Positions 26,235 to 34,861 of a stretch of 51,826 nt of DNA are shown here, one piece after another. Source of the DNA: Candidatus Nomurabacteria bacterium (GTDB lineage: Bacteria > Patescibacteriota > Minisyncoccia > Phycocordibacterales > UBA9973). Location: positions 1 through 51,826 of the forward strand of contig JACQGC010000013.1 in assembly GCA_016199805.1 (NCBI GenBank). Direction: 5' to 3'. Position numbers and translations under genes: made by a program. Positions within the stretch are counted from its first letter, which is position 1; each line of letters starts with the position of its first letter. The notes under the pieces were generated by a model. The model searched no databases and had not been told where the DNA came from. It saw nothing but the letters and a program-made list of their open reading frames with translations.

Positions 26235-26557
26235 TGGATTACTTAACAGTACTTTTGAGTGGAATAGTTATCGGACTCTTGCTGAATATGCTTTTTGCTT
26301 ATTTATCCAGAAAAGTGGTAATTACCGAAAAAGGCGAGCCTTTGGCTACTAAAAAAGATGTCTCGAAAATTTCAAGTGAGATTGAAAACCTGGTGTATCT
26401 TTATAAAACCAAAGAAAACGTTGTTAAAAATATTCCTGAAGTAAAAAAAGAAACCGAAAAAATTACCGAAGAGGTTCCTGAAGTGGAACCTGAAATAGAT
26501 GAAGTCTCTGAAGCCGATAAGGAATTCTATGACAGCGTCTCCGGAATTTACGAATAA
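26234..26557 (+). CDS. hypothetical membrane-anchored acidic protein
   Basis: 107 aa. One TM segment. Start overlaps the rplI stop (ATAATG). Confidence 0.5.
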   Translation: MDYLTVLLSGIVIGLLLNMLFAYLSRKVVITEKGEPLATKKDVSKISSEIENLVYLYKTKENVVKNIPEVKKETEKITEEVPEVEPEIDEVSEADKEFYDSVSGIYE

Positions 26558-26565
26558 AAAATAAT

Positions 26566-26841
26566 TTAGATTACGACGTTGACTACTTTTTTGACTACGG
26601 TTTTGCCATTGAAAGATGTTTTTCTTTTCGAGCCGAATTTAACCATACCGGGTTTGAGGGCGAAAAGGGTATGATCTTTACCCAAACCTACATTGGTGCC
26701 AGCCATGACGTCTGTACCTCTCTGGCGGACGATAATGGAGCCGGATTGAGCCATTTGGCCGTCGGCAACCTTCACACCCAGGTATTTTGGGTTTGAGTCT
26801 CTTAAGTTTTTTGCGGTCCCGCCGGCTTTTCTATGTGCCAT
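26566..26841 (-). CDS. rpmA: 50S ribosomal protein L27
   Basis: [24 protein letters not shown]...IIVRQRGT is the canonical L27 sequence. Confidence 0.95.
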   Translation of the reverse strand: MAHRKAGGTAKNLRDSNPKYLGVKVADGQMAQSGSIIVRQRGTDVMAGTNVGLGKDHTLFALKPGMVKFGSKRKTSFNGKTVVKKVVNVVI

Positions 26842-26919
26842 TGAATTAGGTTTTAGGTTATAGCTTTTAGTAGCTAGCTGTCATATAATTAAGACAACGA
26901 AATCAGTATAAACAATTTT

Positions 26920-27312
26920 ATGGAAAAAATCAAGCTTTTTGTGGGGGAGACATTGCAGAGCGATAAAGGGAAAGATATTTTGACGATTATTATCGTAATT
27001 TTGGTGGGTCTGGGGTCATTTGAGTTAGGTAGACTATCCAAAGAAAGCGACCCTGAAGGCATTAAAATAGAGTATCCGGGCCAAAATGCGGGTCAGGCCG
27101 CAAACGTCATTTCAGCGATTTCTGATGTCCAAAGACCGACAAGTGATACAAGTTCATCAACAAAAACTTTCTTCGCCTCAAGTAAGGGGAAGAAGTACTA
27201 CACGACCAGCTGCTCCGCGGGCAAAACTATCAAACAAGAAAATAGAATTTATTTTACAACAGGGGAAGAGGCAGAACAAGCCGGCTATACATTATCTAGC
27301 GCATGTAACTAA
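26920..27312 (+). CDS. hypothetical membrane-anchored protein with a C-terminal Cys motif
   Basis: 130 aa. One TM segment. C-terminal YYTTSC...IYFTTGEEAEQAGYTLSSAC. TATAAA (26907-26912) lies 7 nt before the ATG. Confidence 0.55.
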   Translation: MEKIKLFVGETLQSDKGKDILTIIIVILVGLGSFELGRLSKESDPEGIKIEYPGQNAGQAANVISAISDVQRPTSDTSSSTKTFFASSKGKKYYTTSCSAGKTIKQENRIYFTTGEEAEQAGYTLSSACN

Positions 27313-27379
27313 TTATAGTACACAACATATATTGTGCGACACTACTATATAAACAATATAAGGCTAAAAAGCCCTTCCC

Positions 27380-27715
27380 TCACTGGGTCGTCTGTACCTG
27401 CACACTCTTGGCGGCATTGTCGAAGTCTGTCGGCTTGCCATCGCGGATGCGTTCCATGTTGGAGATAAAACCTTTCCAAAAAATATTTACCCAAACATCT
27501 TGCCAGAGGTAATGCGCTGGAGTAGCCAGATACTTGTCCCAGACGTTTTGACTAGTCCCCTTCACATAACCGATATTCTCTTGTCCGGTAGGGCTGTCGA
27601 CTACCGCTTTGATGCTGATATTAAAATAACTCAACACTAGAATTAAAATAAAACCAAAAACAAGAACTCCTAATATACTTATGCCGTCCTGTTTGTTTTT
27701 ATTAAAATTTATCAT
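27380..27715 (-). CDS. hypothetical membrane-anchored protein
   Basis: 111-aa ORF with an N-terminal TM segment. Confidence 0.5.
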   Translation of the reverse strand: MINFNKNKQDGISILGVLVFGFILILVLSYFNISIKAVVDSPTGQENIGYVKGTSQNVWDKYLATPAHYLWQDVWVNIFWKGFISNMERIRDGKPTDFDNAAKSVQVQTTQ

Positions 27716-27719
27716 GAGT

Positions 27720-27881
27720 TTATCTCAAAACACTTCTAAAAAATGACACAAACCAATTAAAGACTCCGGTGACGGTTATCCCGTAATATTTCATTATGAG
27801 TAAAGCGACAATAATAAGAATTATAATTGTAATAAAACCGCCCTCTTCTTTATTGTTTATATTTTTTGTAACATTTTTCAT
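27720..27881 (-). CDS. hypothetical small membrane protein (53 aa)
   Basis: ORF below the track cutoff: MKNVTKNINNKEEGGFITIIILIIVALLIMKYYG... Its stop lies 4 nt upstream of the next gene's start. Confidence 0.3.
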   Translation of the reverse strand: MKNVTKNINNKEEGGFITIIILIIVALLIMKYYGITVTGVFNWFVSFFRSVLR

Positions 27882-28004
27882 CCCATTAAAAATTTTAATT
27901 AATAAATATTCATCTTGATGTTCCGTTCGTTGAATTTCTAACGGGACAAGTACGTATATATTTTACCACAAATTTTGAAACTGTGGCAAATGCCTTCTTC
28001 TGAG

Positions 28005-29303
28005 TTACTCTGTCGTTTTGTTGTTAAGTAAAGTCTGATTGATGACATAAGGAGGCAGATAGTCCAGGACATTTAAATAAGCATTCACGGGAGCTACCGG
28101 CAACCTGTAGATACGCCCGTCGCAAGCCACACTCGCCTTGGAAGCCATTTTTGCCGCTTGGGACGCATACAAGGACACATGCAGGTGTGGACCCGTGACG
28201 TGCCCTGTGGCCCCGCTATACCCCACCACATCCCCCCTTTTTACGACTTCCCCTTCGTAGGCCTTTATGAGCGATAGGTGCCCGAAAGCGCTAGAGAGGC
28301 CATTGTTGTATTGAATGAAAACAAATTTTCCAAAAGAAGCCCCGTCGCAAGTCAAATCTGTGTCTCCGATACCCATGACAATACCGTCGGACATAGACAT
28401 CACCGGAGTACCGACAGATGCGCGGAAATCCACCCCGTTGTGCGTGCCGGAGGCATACAGCCGCACAGAGTCTACTGTCTTACCAAAGAGTTGGGTGACA
28501 TACACTTTATCTAGTGGCCAGCTCAACACCCGTCCACTGGGCAATTTGGAAGGGTCCAAGATGAATTGCAATTGAGACTCGTAGTCGCGCAATTCTTTTT
28601 CGAAAGCATCTCTCTTGGCAATTCTGTCTTTCAAAAGTTTCTGATAATTGGCTTCGCTATTTTTCGTCTGTTTCAAGAGCTCGTTTTTATCATTCGTGTT
28701 TTGAACGACAATTTTTTGCTGGTCCGAAAGTTGAGAGCGGAGTTTCATAAGCTCATTCTTGGCAGTAATAGTAGTACTTCTTGTATCCTCCAAAGCCCCT
28801 TTCACCTGCCTTAGTTTGAGTATGTCTGCTCGCACACTTTCCCGCACAGAAGAGATGTTTTCTATATCGTTCCAAACAGAGGAAAAACTTTCCTCGGAAA
28901 ATATGTTCACCATCAAGCTGGTCTGCTCCAGTTCGTTTACATTTTTTATGCCGAGGGCGATAGAGTGGATGTTATTTTCTATCGCTCCTTCCTTGGTGAC
29001 GATATCAGTACTTAAATTTTGAATTGTCAGGTTGGTTTTATTTATTTTATTTTGCGTGACGGCAATATCCGCGTTTAATTTTTTCCTAGTGATATCGAGC
29101 GCTTTTATAGAGCTGGCCAGAGAGCTTTTCTGCTGGCCGATGCTGTCCAGCTCGGCTTGATAAGCCGCAATTTCCTGCTCCAAACTTTGAATATTTATAT
29201 TGTTCTGGTTGATTTTATTTTGAACATCTGTAGCCGTCTGCGCAGAGGAAAAAACCGTAGGAATCAGGAAAATTGCCAGCAAAAAAAAGCTAATGGAGCG
29301 CAT
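28005..29303 (-). CDS. M23 family metallopeptidase with N-terminal coiled coil (EnvC-like)
   Basis: 432 aa. Signal peptide and a long heptad-rich region. HNGVDFRASVGTPV and GATGHVTGPHLHVSLY motifs. Confidence 0.85.
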   Translation of the reverse strand: MRSISFFLLAIFLIPTVFSSAQTATDVQNKINQNNINIQSLEQEIAAYQAELDSIGQQKSSLASSIKALDITRKKLNADIAVTQNKINKTNLTIQNLSTDIVTKEGAIENNIHSIALGIKNVNELEQTSLMVNIFSEESFSSVWNDIENISSVRESVRADILKLRQVKGALEDTRSTTITAKNELMKLRSQLSDQQKIVVQNTNDKNELLKQTKNSEANYQKLLKDRIAKRDAFEKELRDYESQLQFILDPSKLPSGRVLSWPLDKVYVTQLFGKTVDSVRLYASGTHNGVDFRASVGTPVMSMSDGIVMGIGDTDLTCDGASFGKFVFIQYNNGLSSAFGHLSLIKAYEGEVVKRGDVVGYSGATGHVTGPHLHVSLYASQAAKMASKASVACDGRIYRLPVAPVNAYLNVLDYLPPYVINQTLLNNKTTE

Positions 29304-29321
29304 GCTCCTATAATAACATAT

Positions 29322-29693
29322 TTACTTATTATTTATCGTCAGGTAACCGGTGTAGATGGTGTTCCCTTCGTAATTTAATTTTATTTTTTGAGTCAGTTCG
29401 CGTGGAATCTGGTAGCCGACAATCTTGTAGACCCAGTTGCCTTTGCCGTTGGTGCCGATATTTATCTTGGCTGGAAGTTTCAGTATTTCCGCTTTTTCAT
29501 CCAAGAATATGAGCTCAATATCGTAAATACCCGGATTGTTGTTCTCAAATCCGACGACTACACTCATGACAGGGTGCATCACCGGGAAGCTCTGAGCGTT
29601 CAAATTCTCAAAAATACCGATAATTGATAAATTGCCGGTCCCCTGCTCTACTATCGCATTTTCGCAAACGTGAAAGAAATTTACTTTTAACAT
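29322..29693 (-). CDS. hypothetical protein
   Basis: 123-aa ORF in an operon-like position downstream of gltX. Confidence 0.55.
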   Translation of the reverse strand: MLKVNFFHVCENAIVEQGTGNLSIIGIFENLNAQSFPVMHPVMSVVVGFENNNPGIYDIELIFLDEKAEILKLPAKINIGTNGKGNWVYKIVGYQIPRELTQKIKLNYEGNTIYTGYLTINNK

Positions 29694-29700
29694 ATATTTA

Positions 29701-31278
29701 TTATAACAAATTAGTTTGTAGTTGTAAAATAGCTTTATCTATTCTCCTTAGAGTGGCATCTTTCTTTATTATTTTCATTATTTCAAACGGGTCGGGAGAT
29801 TTCATCTCACCGGACAAAGCAACCCGGAGCGGCCAAAGCACTTTCCCCCTACCCTCTTTGCTGGCGTATGCCCACAGCGCGCTCTCGTCGTTTTTTTCTA
29901 TAATCTTTTCCCAATCGTTTTCTTCTGCCAATTTTTTAACTTCTGCTAAATATTTTATTGTGGTATAGCCATCAGAATCTTTTGGAATTAATAATTTTAT
30001 ATCTTGGTATGTCGGATCTTTTAATGAAATCAAATAGTCATTTGGGCCAGAGACTAATATAACTGTTTTTTCTTTTTTGTTTGAGGTACTTGAAGCGATG
30101 TTTGTGTTGTCCACCATGTGTCTGGTCAAGCCGACCACAGAACTATTTATGTTGGCCCCTTTCATAAATTCGTTTAAGTCGCTGAATTTTGTAATTCTGT
30201 CTCTGAAAGTAAGAATCAAGTTTTCTAGCTCTTGCTCACTTATGGGGCTAATGAAATCAATGTGCTGTCTGGCTTTTTCTATAAATTCCGTGTCGGAAAG
30301 TTTTTTAATATGTTCTTTGTTAAACCAATCCAACTTTTCTTCATTAAACTGAGCCCCGGACTTTTGTATCCTGCTAATATCAAAAAGGCTTATGATTTCT
30401 TCACGGCTCATGATTTCTTTTTCTCCTCCCGGATTCCAGCCCATAAAAGCCAAGAAATTAAACATTGCTTCGGGTAAAAATCCATCCTTCTCGTAATCCA
30501 AAATATCTTTTGCGCCGTCACGCTTGCCAAGTTTCTTTTTCCCTTCGGCTCCCATGATATGCGGAACGGTGACATAAATAGGCTGAGCGACTTCTAGCGC
30601 TTCATACACAGCAATATAGTTTGGTGTCGAAGAAATAAATTCCTGTCCACGGGTTATATGAGTCACCCCCATTTCTATATCGTCCACAATATGCGCAAAA
30701 TTATATGTCGGGTACCCATCGCTTTTTATCAAAATAAAATCATCCAATGCTTCCGGCCCGGCGGTGAGTTCTCCACGAACCGCATCTTGCCATGTCGTGC
30801 GTTTTAATTCTCTAATCTTAAAGCGAAGTGGCATTCCGGGTTTCCATGTGGGCGGATTTTCCGGTCTATGGTCACGAAATAAAAATGCTTTCTTTTCCGC
30901 CTCGGCTTGATCTCGTAATTTTTGGACTTCTTCTTCCGAACTTACATCAGCATAAGCAAAACCTTTGGCGATTAATTTCTCCGCATATTTTTGGTATATA
31001 TTTAATTTTCCCATTCTTTCGGATTGAATATATGGAGCATGCGGTCCGCCTACGTCCGGACCTTCATCCCAATCCAGCCCCAGCCATTTCAGAGTTTTTT
31101 TTATGTGTTCAATAGAGCCCACCACTTCTCTTTTCTTATCAGTATCTTCGATTCGTAATATGAAAGTACCCTTATTTTTCCTAACCCAAAGCCAAGCATA
31201 AAGAGCAGTGTGAATATTACCCACATGAATAAGCCCAGTAGGACTCGGCGCAAATCTGGTTACAACTTTATTTTCCAT
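29701..31278 (-). CDS. gltX: glutamate--tRNA ligase
   Basis: 525 aa. RFAPSPTGLIHVGNIHTAL (HIGH motif) and KLGKRDG (KMSKS-like motif). Confidence 0.95.
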   Translation of the reverse strand: MENKVVTRFAPSPTGLIHVGNIHTALYAWLWVRKNKGTFILRIEDTDKKREVVGSIEHIKKTLKWLGLDWDEGPDVGGPHAPYIQSERMGKLNIYQKYAEKLIAKGFAYADVSSEEEVQKLRDQAEAEKKAFLFRDHRPENPPTWKPGMPLRFKIRELKRTTWQDAVRGELTAGPEALDDFILIKSDGYPTYNFAHIVDDIEMGVTHITRGQEFISSTPNYIAVYEALEVAQPIYVTVPHIMGAEGKKKLGKRDGAKDILDYEKDGFLPEAMFNFLAFMGWNPGGEKEIMSREEIISLFDISRIQKSGAQFNEEKLDWFNKEHIKKLSDTEFIEKARQHIDFISPISEQELENLILTFRDRITKFSDLNEFMKGANINSSVVGLTRHMVDNTNIASSTSNKKEKTVILVSGPNDYLISLKDPTYQDIKLLIPKDSDGYTTIKYLAEVKKLAEENDWEKIIEKNDESALWAYASKEGRGKVLWPLRVALSGEMKSPDPFEIMKIIKKDATLRRIDKAILQLQTNLL

Positions 31279-31284
31279 ATTTTT

Positions 31285-31293
31285 ATTCTAGCA
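31285..31293 (-). promoter_or_regulatory. -10 box (TGcTAGAAT) 6 nt upstream of the gltX ATG
   Basis: Minus strand reads aaTGcTAGAATaaaaatATG. Confidence 0.5.
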
Positions 31294-31297
31294 TTAA

Positions 31298-31375
31298 ATT
31301 CTCCTCTTGAGGAGTACCCTTTAGGGGGAGGTGGATGCACCCTCCCCTCCTTAGTGAAGGAGGGGTTAGGGGTGG
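31298..31375. repeat. GC-rich multi-hairpin intergenic element R2
   Basis: Hairpins CTCCTC-TT-GAGGAG, CCCT-TT-AGGG and CCCCTCCTT-AGTG-AAGGAGGGG. The 42-nt core (31298-31339) equals the reverse complement of 34816-34857 at 41/42 positions. Confidence 0.6.
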
Positions 31376-31388
31376 TAATTTAGAATAT

Positions 31389-32549
31389 TTATTTCCCCTC
31401 GTGGCTCATGGCAATGTCCACCAACTCTTGGGCAATTTTTTCCGCTGCGCCGGGTTTGTTGAATGCTTTGGTGCTTTTTTTCATTTTTTCGTATTCAGCT
31501 TTGTCGTTCAAAATTCTTTCGATTTCTCCGCTCAAAATGTTGGCTGTCATGTTTGCTTCTTCCACTACGCTGCACGCCCCGGACCGCGCATAACTAAAGG
31601 CATTTTTCCTAGCATGATCTGCGTTTGAATTAGTAAAAGGAACTAAAATCGACGGCACACCCCAAGCAGCTATTTGAAATATAGTTGACCCAGAGCGGGA
31701 AACTATCAGCGATGCGGCGCCGGAAGCCATTTTCATCTGCAGCGGACTCAAATAAGGAATAGTTGTATATCTCGATTTGTGTTTATTGTTTCCAAGTATG
31801 ACCCTAGCCTGCCCGGAAACTGTAGTAAAATTTTTAATACCTGTTTGATGAATAATCTGATAATTTTCTATCAACCTCGGCAAAGCATCCAAGATGGTAT
31901 TATTTATCAATTCCGCGCCCTGTGAACCGCCCAAGATAAAAATGACCGGCGAATTTGATTCGAATTTGAAATATTCCAGAGCTTCATCCCGCACAGTCGG
32001 ATACAGTATCTCTTGAATTATCGGCTGTCCTGTCCAAGCGGTTGTTTTCTTCGGAAAGAATGCTGCCGATTCCGGAAAAGAAATCGCGACTCTTTTGGCG
32101 AAATGTCCCGCCCATTTATTTACCCGCCCCGGCGCGGAATCCGATTCGTGAATCACTACAGGAATGCTCAAAATCCTGGCCGCGAGAATTGTCGGGAACG
32201 AAGCATATCCACCTTTGCCGAAAACCACGTCCGGATAAATAGTAAACACCTTATATATACTGTTGATGGTTCCGAAAAAAGTTTTAAACACATCCAAGAA
32301 ATTTCTGAGTGAAAAATAAACCCGCATCTTGCCGGATTTAATTTCCTCAAAAATTAGCCCATTCTGCAAAAGCATCTCCTTGTCATAAGGGCTATCCGAA
32401 AGATAATAAAGTTTTGGGCTTATGATATGTTCTTTGTCTATTATTTGATTTACTTTTTGAGCGACGGCGATGATTGGGTAAAAATGTCCTCCAGTCCCCC
32501 CGCCCGCGAATACTATTTTCATGTGATTTAGCGAAATCATGCCGCGCAA
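31389..32549 (-). CDS. murG: undecaprenyldiphospho-muramoylpentapeptide beta-N-acetylglucosaminyltransferase
   Basis: MKIVFAGGGTGGHFYPIIAVA N-terminus. An internal ATG at 32522 is an alternative start. GT28 C-terminal pattern. Confidence 0.9.
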   Translation of the reverse strand: MRGMISLNHMKIVFAGGGTGGHFYPIIAVAQKVNQIIDKEHIISPKLYYLSDSPYDKEMLLQNGLIFEEIKSGKMRVYFSLRNFLDVFKTFFGTINSIYKVFTIYPDVVFGKGGYASFPTILAARILSIPVVIHESDSAPGRVNKWAGHFAKRVAISFPESAAFFPKKTTAWTGQPIIQEILYPTVRDEALEYFKFESNSPVIFILGGSQGAELINNTILDALPRLIENYQIIHQTGIKNFTTVSGQARVILGNNKHKSRYTTIPYLSPLQMKMASGAASLIVSRSGSTIFQIAAWGVPSILVPFTNSNADHARKNAFSYARSGACSVVEEANMTANILSGEIERILNDKAEYEKMKKSTKAFNKPGAAEKIAQELVDIAMSHEGK

Positions 32550-32572
32550 TCGTCCATTAAAGCGCGGCGCTT

Positions 32573-33679
32573 TTAATTATTCCTCCTTTGAAATTTTGAC
32601 ACATTAAGCACTATGCCTATAGCCATCAGGTAAATGAGAAGTGAAGTTCCTCCATGGCTCATAAAAACCAGTGGCACCCCAGTGAGCGGGAAAACTCCCG
32701 TCACCGAAGCGATGTGCATAAAAGACTGAACCAGAACCAGTATAACAATTCCGGAGACTAAAAGTCCACCGAATAAGTCCGGCGCCCGGTTGGCAATACG
32801 AAACCCGCGCATGACAAAAAGTATGTATAAAAATATAGTGAAAAAAGCTCCGGCAAAACCGAGCTCCTCGCCGATAACCGCGAAAAGTGAATCCCCTTGC
32901 GGCTCCGGCAAGTAGCTGAATTTTTGGATGCTTTGTCCATACCCCCGGCCCAAAATGCCACCGGAACCGAGAGCAATCATTGACTGTTGAATTTGATAAG
33001 AAGACCCTGCCGCGTCCACACTAGGGTCTATAAAAGTTTTCACCCGGCTTTGCAAGTAAGGTGTAAAATAAACCAATGTGCCAAGCAATATCACTGACCC
33101 CACACCCACACCCAAGATATATTTAAAAGGAACACCGGAAATAAAAAGCATAGATAATCCAGTAATGGTAATGATGATAAAACTTTTTGTATCTGGCTGT
33201 TTAAATAAAACAAAAGCGATAATCGCCAGCATTATGCCAAACGGTAAAATTCCAAATTTAAAATCTTCCACTCGGTTTTTTGCCCAAGACAACCATGCCG
33301 CAAAATAAATCACAAAACCGAATTTTAAAAACTCCACCGGCTGAAAAGAAGGAATCGGTCCCCACTGTATCCACCTCTCCGCCCCGCCATGGCTCCAGCC
33401 CACACCGGGAATGAAAACCGCCGCCGTCAACAATATGGACCCGATAAAAATCAGAAAAGAATATTTACGCCAAACTTTGTAATTTACTTTTGTGCATACG
33501 TACATACCCACCAGCCCCAAGCCGAGCCCCAAGATGAGCTGACTCTTCAAGACCGAGTAAAAAGTCTGCTGATTCCTGACTAAAATTCCCAAAGACGCGG
33601 AAACAAACATCGCCACGCCGAACGCAAGCAAAACAAATATAATTATTAAAAAAAATCTATCTACTTTTTTTCCCTTCAT
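32573..33679 (-). CDS. ftsW: SEDS-family peptidoglycan glycosyltransferase FtsW/RodA
   Basis: About 10 TM segments. PEPQGDSLFAVIGEELGF motif. Start set at MKGKKVDRFF (33679) to avoid overlap with mraY. Lies between mraY and murG. Confidence 0.85.
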   Translation of the reverse strand: MKGKKVDRFFLIIIFVLLAFGVAMFVSASLGILVRNQQTFYSVLKSQLILGLGLGLVGMYVCTKVNYKVWRKYSFLIFIGSILLTAAVFIPGVGWSHGGAERWIQWGPIPSFQPVEFLKFGFVIYFAAWLSWAKNRVEDFKFGILPFGIMLAIIAFVLFKQPDTKSFIIITITGLSMLFISGVPFKYILGVGVGSVILLGTLVYFTPYLQSRVKTFIDPSVDAAGSSYQIQQSMIALGSGGILGRGYGQSIQKFSYLPEPQGDSLFAVIGEELGFAGAFFTIFLYILFVMRGFRIANRAPDLFGGLLVSGIVILVLVQSFMHIASVTGVFPLTGVPLVFMSHGGTSLLIYLMAIGIVLNVSKFQRRNN

Positions 33680-33690
33680 ACAAAGCGCGG

Positions 33691-34746
33691 CTAACGGCTT
33701 ATAATCGCCAAAATTATCCCGATAATGGCAAACACGATTGAAAGAATCCAAAAACGCATTGTGACTTTGTAAGATGGCCAGCCAAGAGCTTCAAAATGAT
33801 GATGGATGGGCGCGAGTTTGAATATTCTTTTTCCACCTCTGAATTTTTTTGAAAGCATTTGTAAAATGACTGACCCCGAGGTGATGACGAGAGGCAACGC
33901 CACAATCGGCAAAATCAAAACCGAATCAGTGAGAAAAGCAATCGTCGCGAGCGTAATAGTCAGCCCCATGATACCGGTTTCTCCCATGTAAAACCTTGCT
34001 GGTGGAATATTGAACCAAAGAAATGCCAAAATCGCCCCAGTGATTACTCCGCAAAATGCCGCCAGGTCTATCTGATTATTAGCAAAGGCTATCGCCGAAT
34101 AGGCGAGGAAGATGGAAGCCAAGACTCCGCCGGAGAGCCCGTCTATACCGTCTATCACTCCTCCGGAAAAAGTCGCCAGCGCCACGATTATAAAAAATGG
34201 AATAATCAGTAAACCCAAATACATTTCTCCGCCAAAAGGAATATGAATTCCGGTCATACCGAGTTTGTAATAAAACCATCCTCCTATCAAAAGGGACAAA
34301 AGTCCCACCAGTAACGCTTTCCATATACGCCAAGATTTATCATCCTTGGCAAAAATTTCATTGCCATATATTTGGATAAGGTCATCCCATAATCCAATGA
34401 TTGAGCCCAAGATAAGTGTGAAAAATGGAATTAAAGTTTGGCTACGGCTAAAGAAATTCATTTTTTCTGTATCGGGAGAAGACGAAAAAACAGAAACCAA
34501 ATAAAATACCAGAGTCGTCAACATAACAGATAGCCAAATTATTATTCCGCCCACGCGGGGTGTCTTCAATTCGTCAGTTTCATTGTGTATTTTAGAAAAG
34601 TCTGTCGTAGAGGCGCTGGCGCTACGAGAATATTTCTTCCACATTTTGTATTTAAAGAAAAAGTGAGTGGCTATGGGAGTGAGGAGCAGGCCCAAAAAAA
34701 AGGCAAAAGCCGTGGGAATCGTAATTTTAACCAAGTTTAGAAGCAT
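33691..34746 (-). CDS. mraY: phospho-N-acetylmuramoyl-pentapeptide-transferase
   Basis: 351 aa. WDDLIQI, VIDGIDGLSGG, FYMGETG and APIHHHFE motifs. Confidence 0.95.
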   Translation of the reverse strand: MLLNLVKITIPTAFAFFLGLLLTPIATHFFFKYKMWKKYSRSASASTTDFSKIHNETDELKTPRVGGIIIWLSVMLTTLVFYLVSVFSSSPDTEKMNFFSRSQTLIPFFTLILGSIIGLWDDLIQIYGNEIFAKDDKSWRIWKALLVGLLSLLIGGWFYYKLGMTGIHIPFGGEMYLGLLIIPFFIIVALATFSGGVIDGIDGLSGGVLASIFLAYSAIAFANNQIDLAAFCGVITGAILAFLWFNIPPARFYMGETGIMGLTITLATIAFLTDSVLILPIVALPLVITSGSVILQMLSKKFRGGKRIFKLAPIHHHFEALGWPSYKVTMRFWILSIVFAIIGIILAIISR

Positions 34747-34777
34747 AAAGTTATTTTAACACATTTTATGTTTTAAT

Positions 34778-34857
34778 TCCCCTCTTGAGGGGTGGCGCTT
34801 GCGCCGGGGTGGAAATGCATCCACCTCCCCCTAAAGGGTACTCCTCAAAAGGAGAAT
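34778..34857. repeat. GC-rich multi-hairpin intergenic element R3
   Basis: Hairpins CCCCTC-TT-GAGGGG, GGCGC-TT-GCGCC, GGTGGA-AATGCA-TCCACC, CCCT-AA-AGGG and CTCC-TCAAAA-GGAG. Inverted copy of the R2 core. Confidence 0.6.
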
Positions 34858-34861
34858 AATA

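Noticed and set aside
31335-31628. 97-aa plus-strand ORF MHPPLLSEGGVRGG...; the same applies to 34792-35007.
   Set aside because: It initiates inside the GC-rich hairpin repeats R2/R3 and continues antisense to murG (or to the Cys-rich gene). It is an artefact of the repeat sequence.
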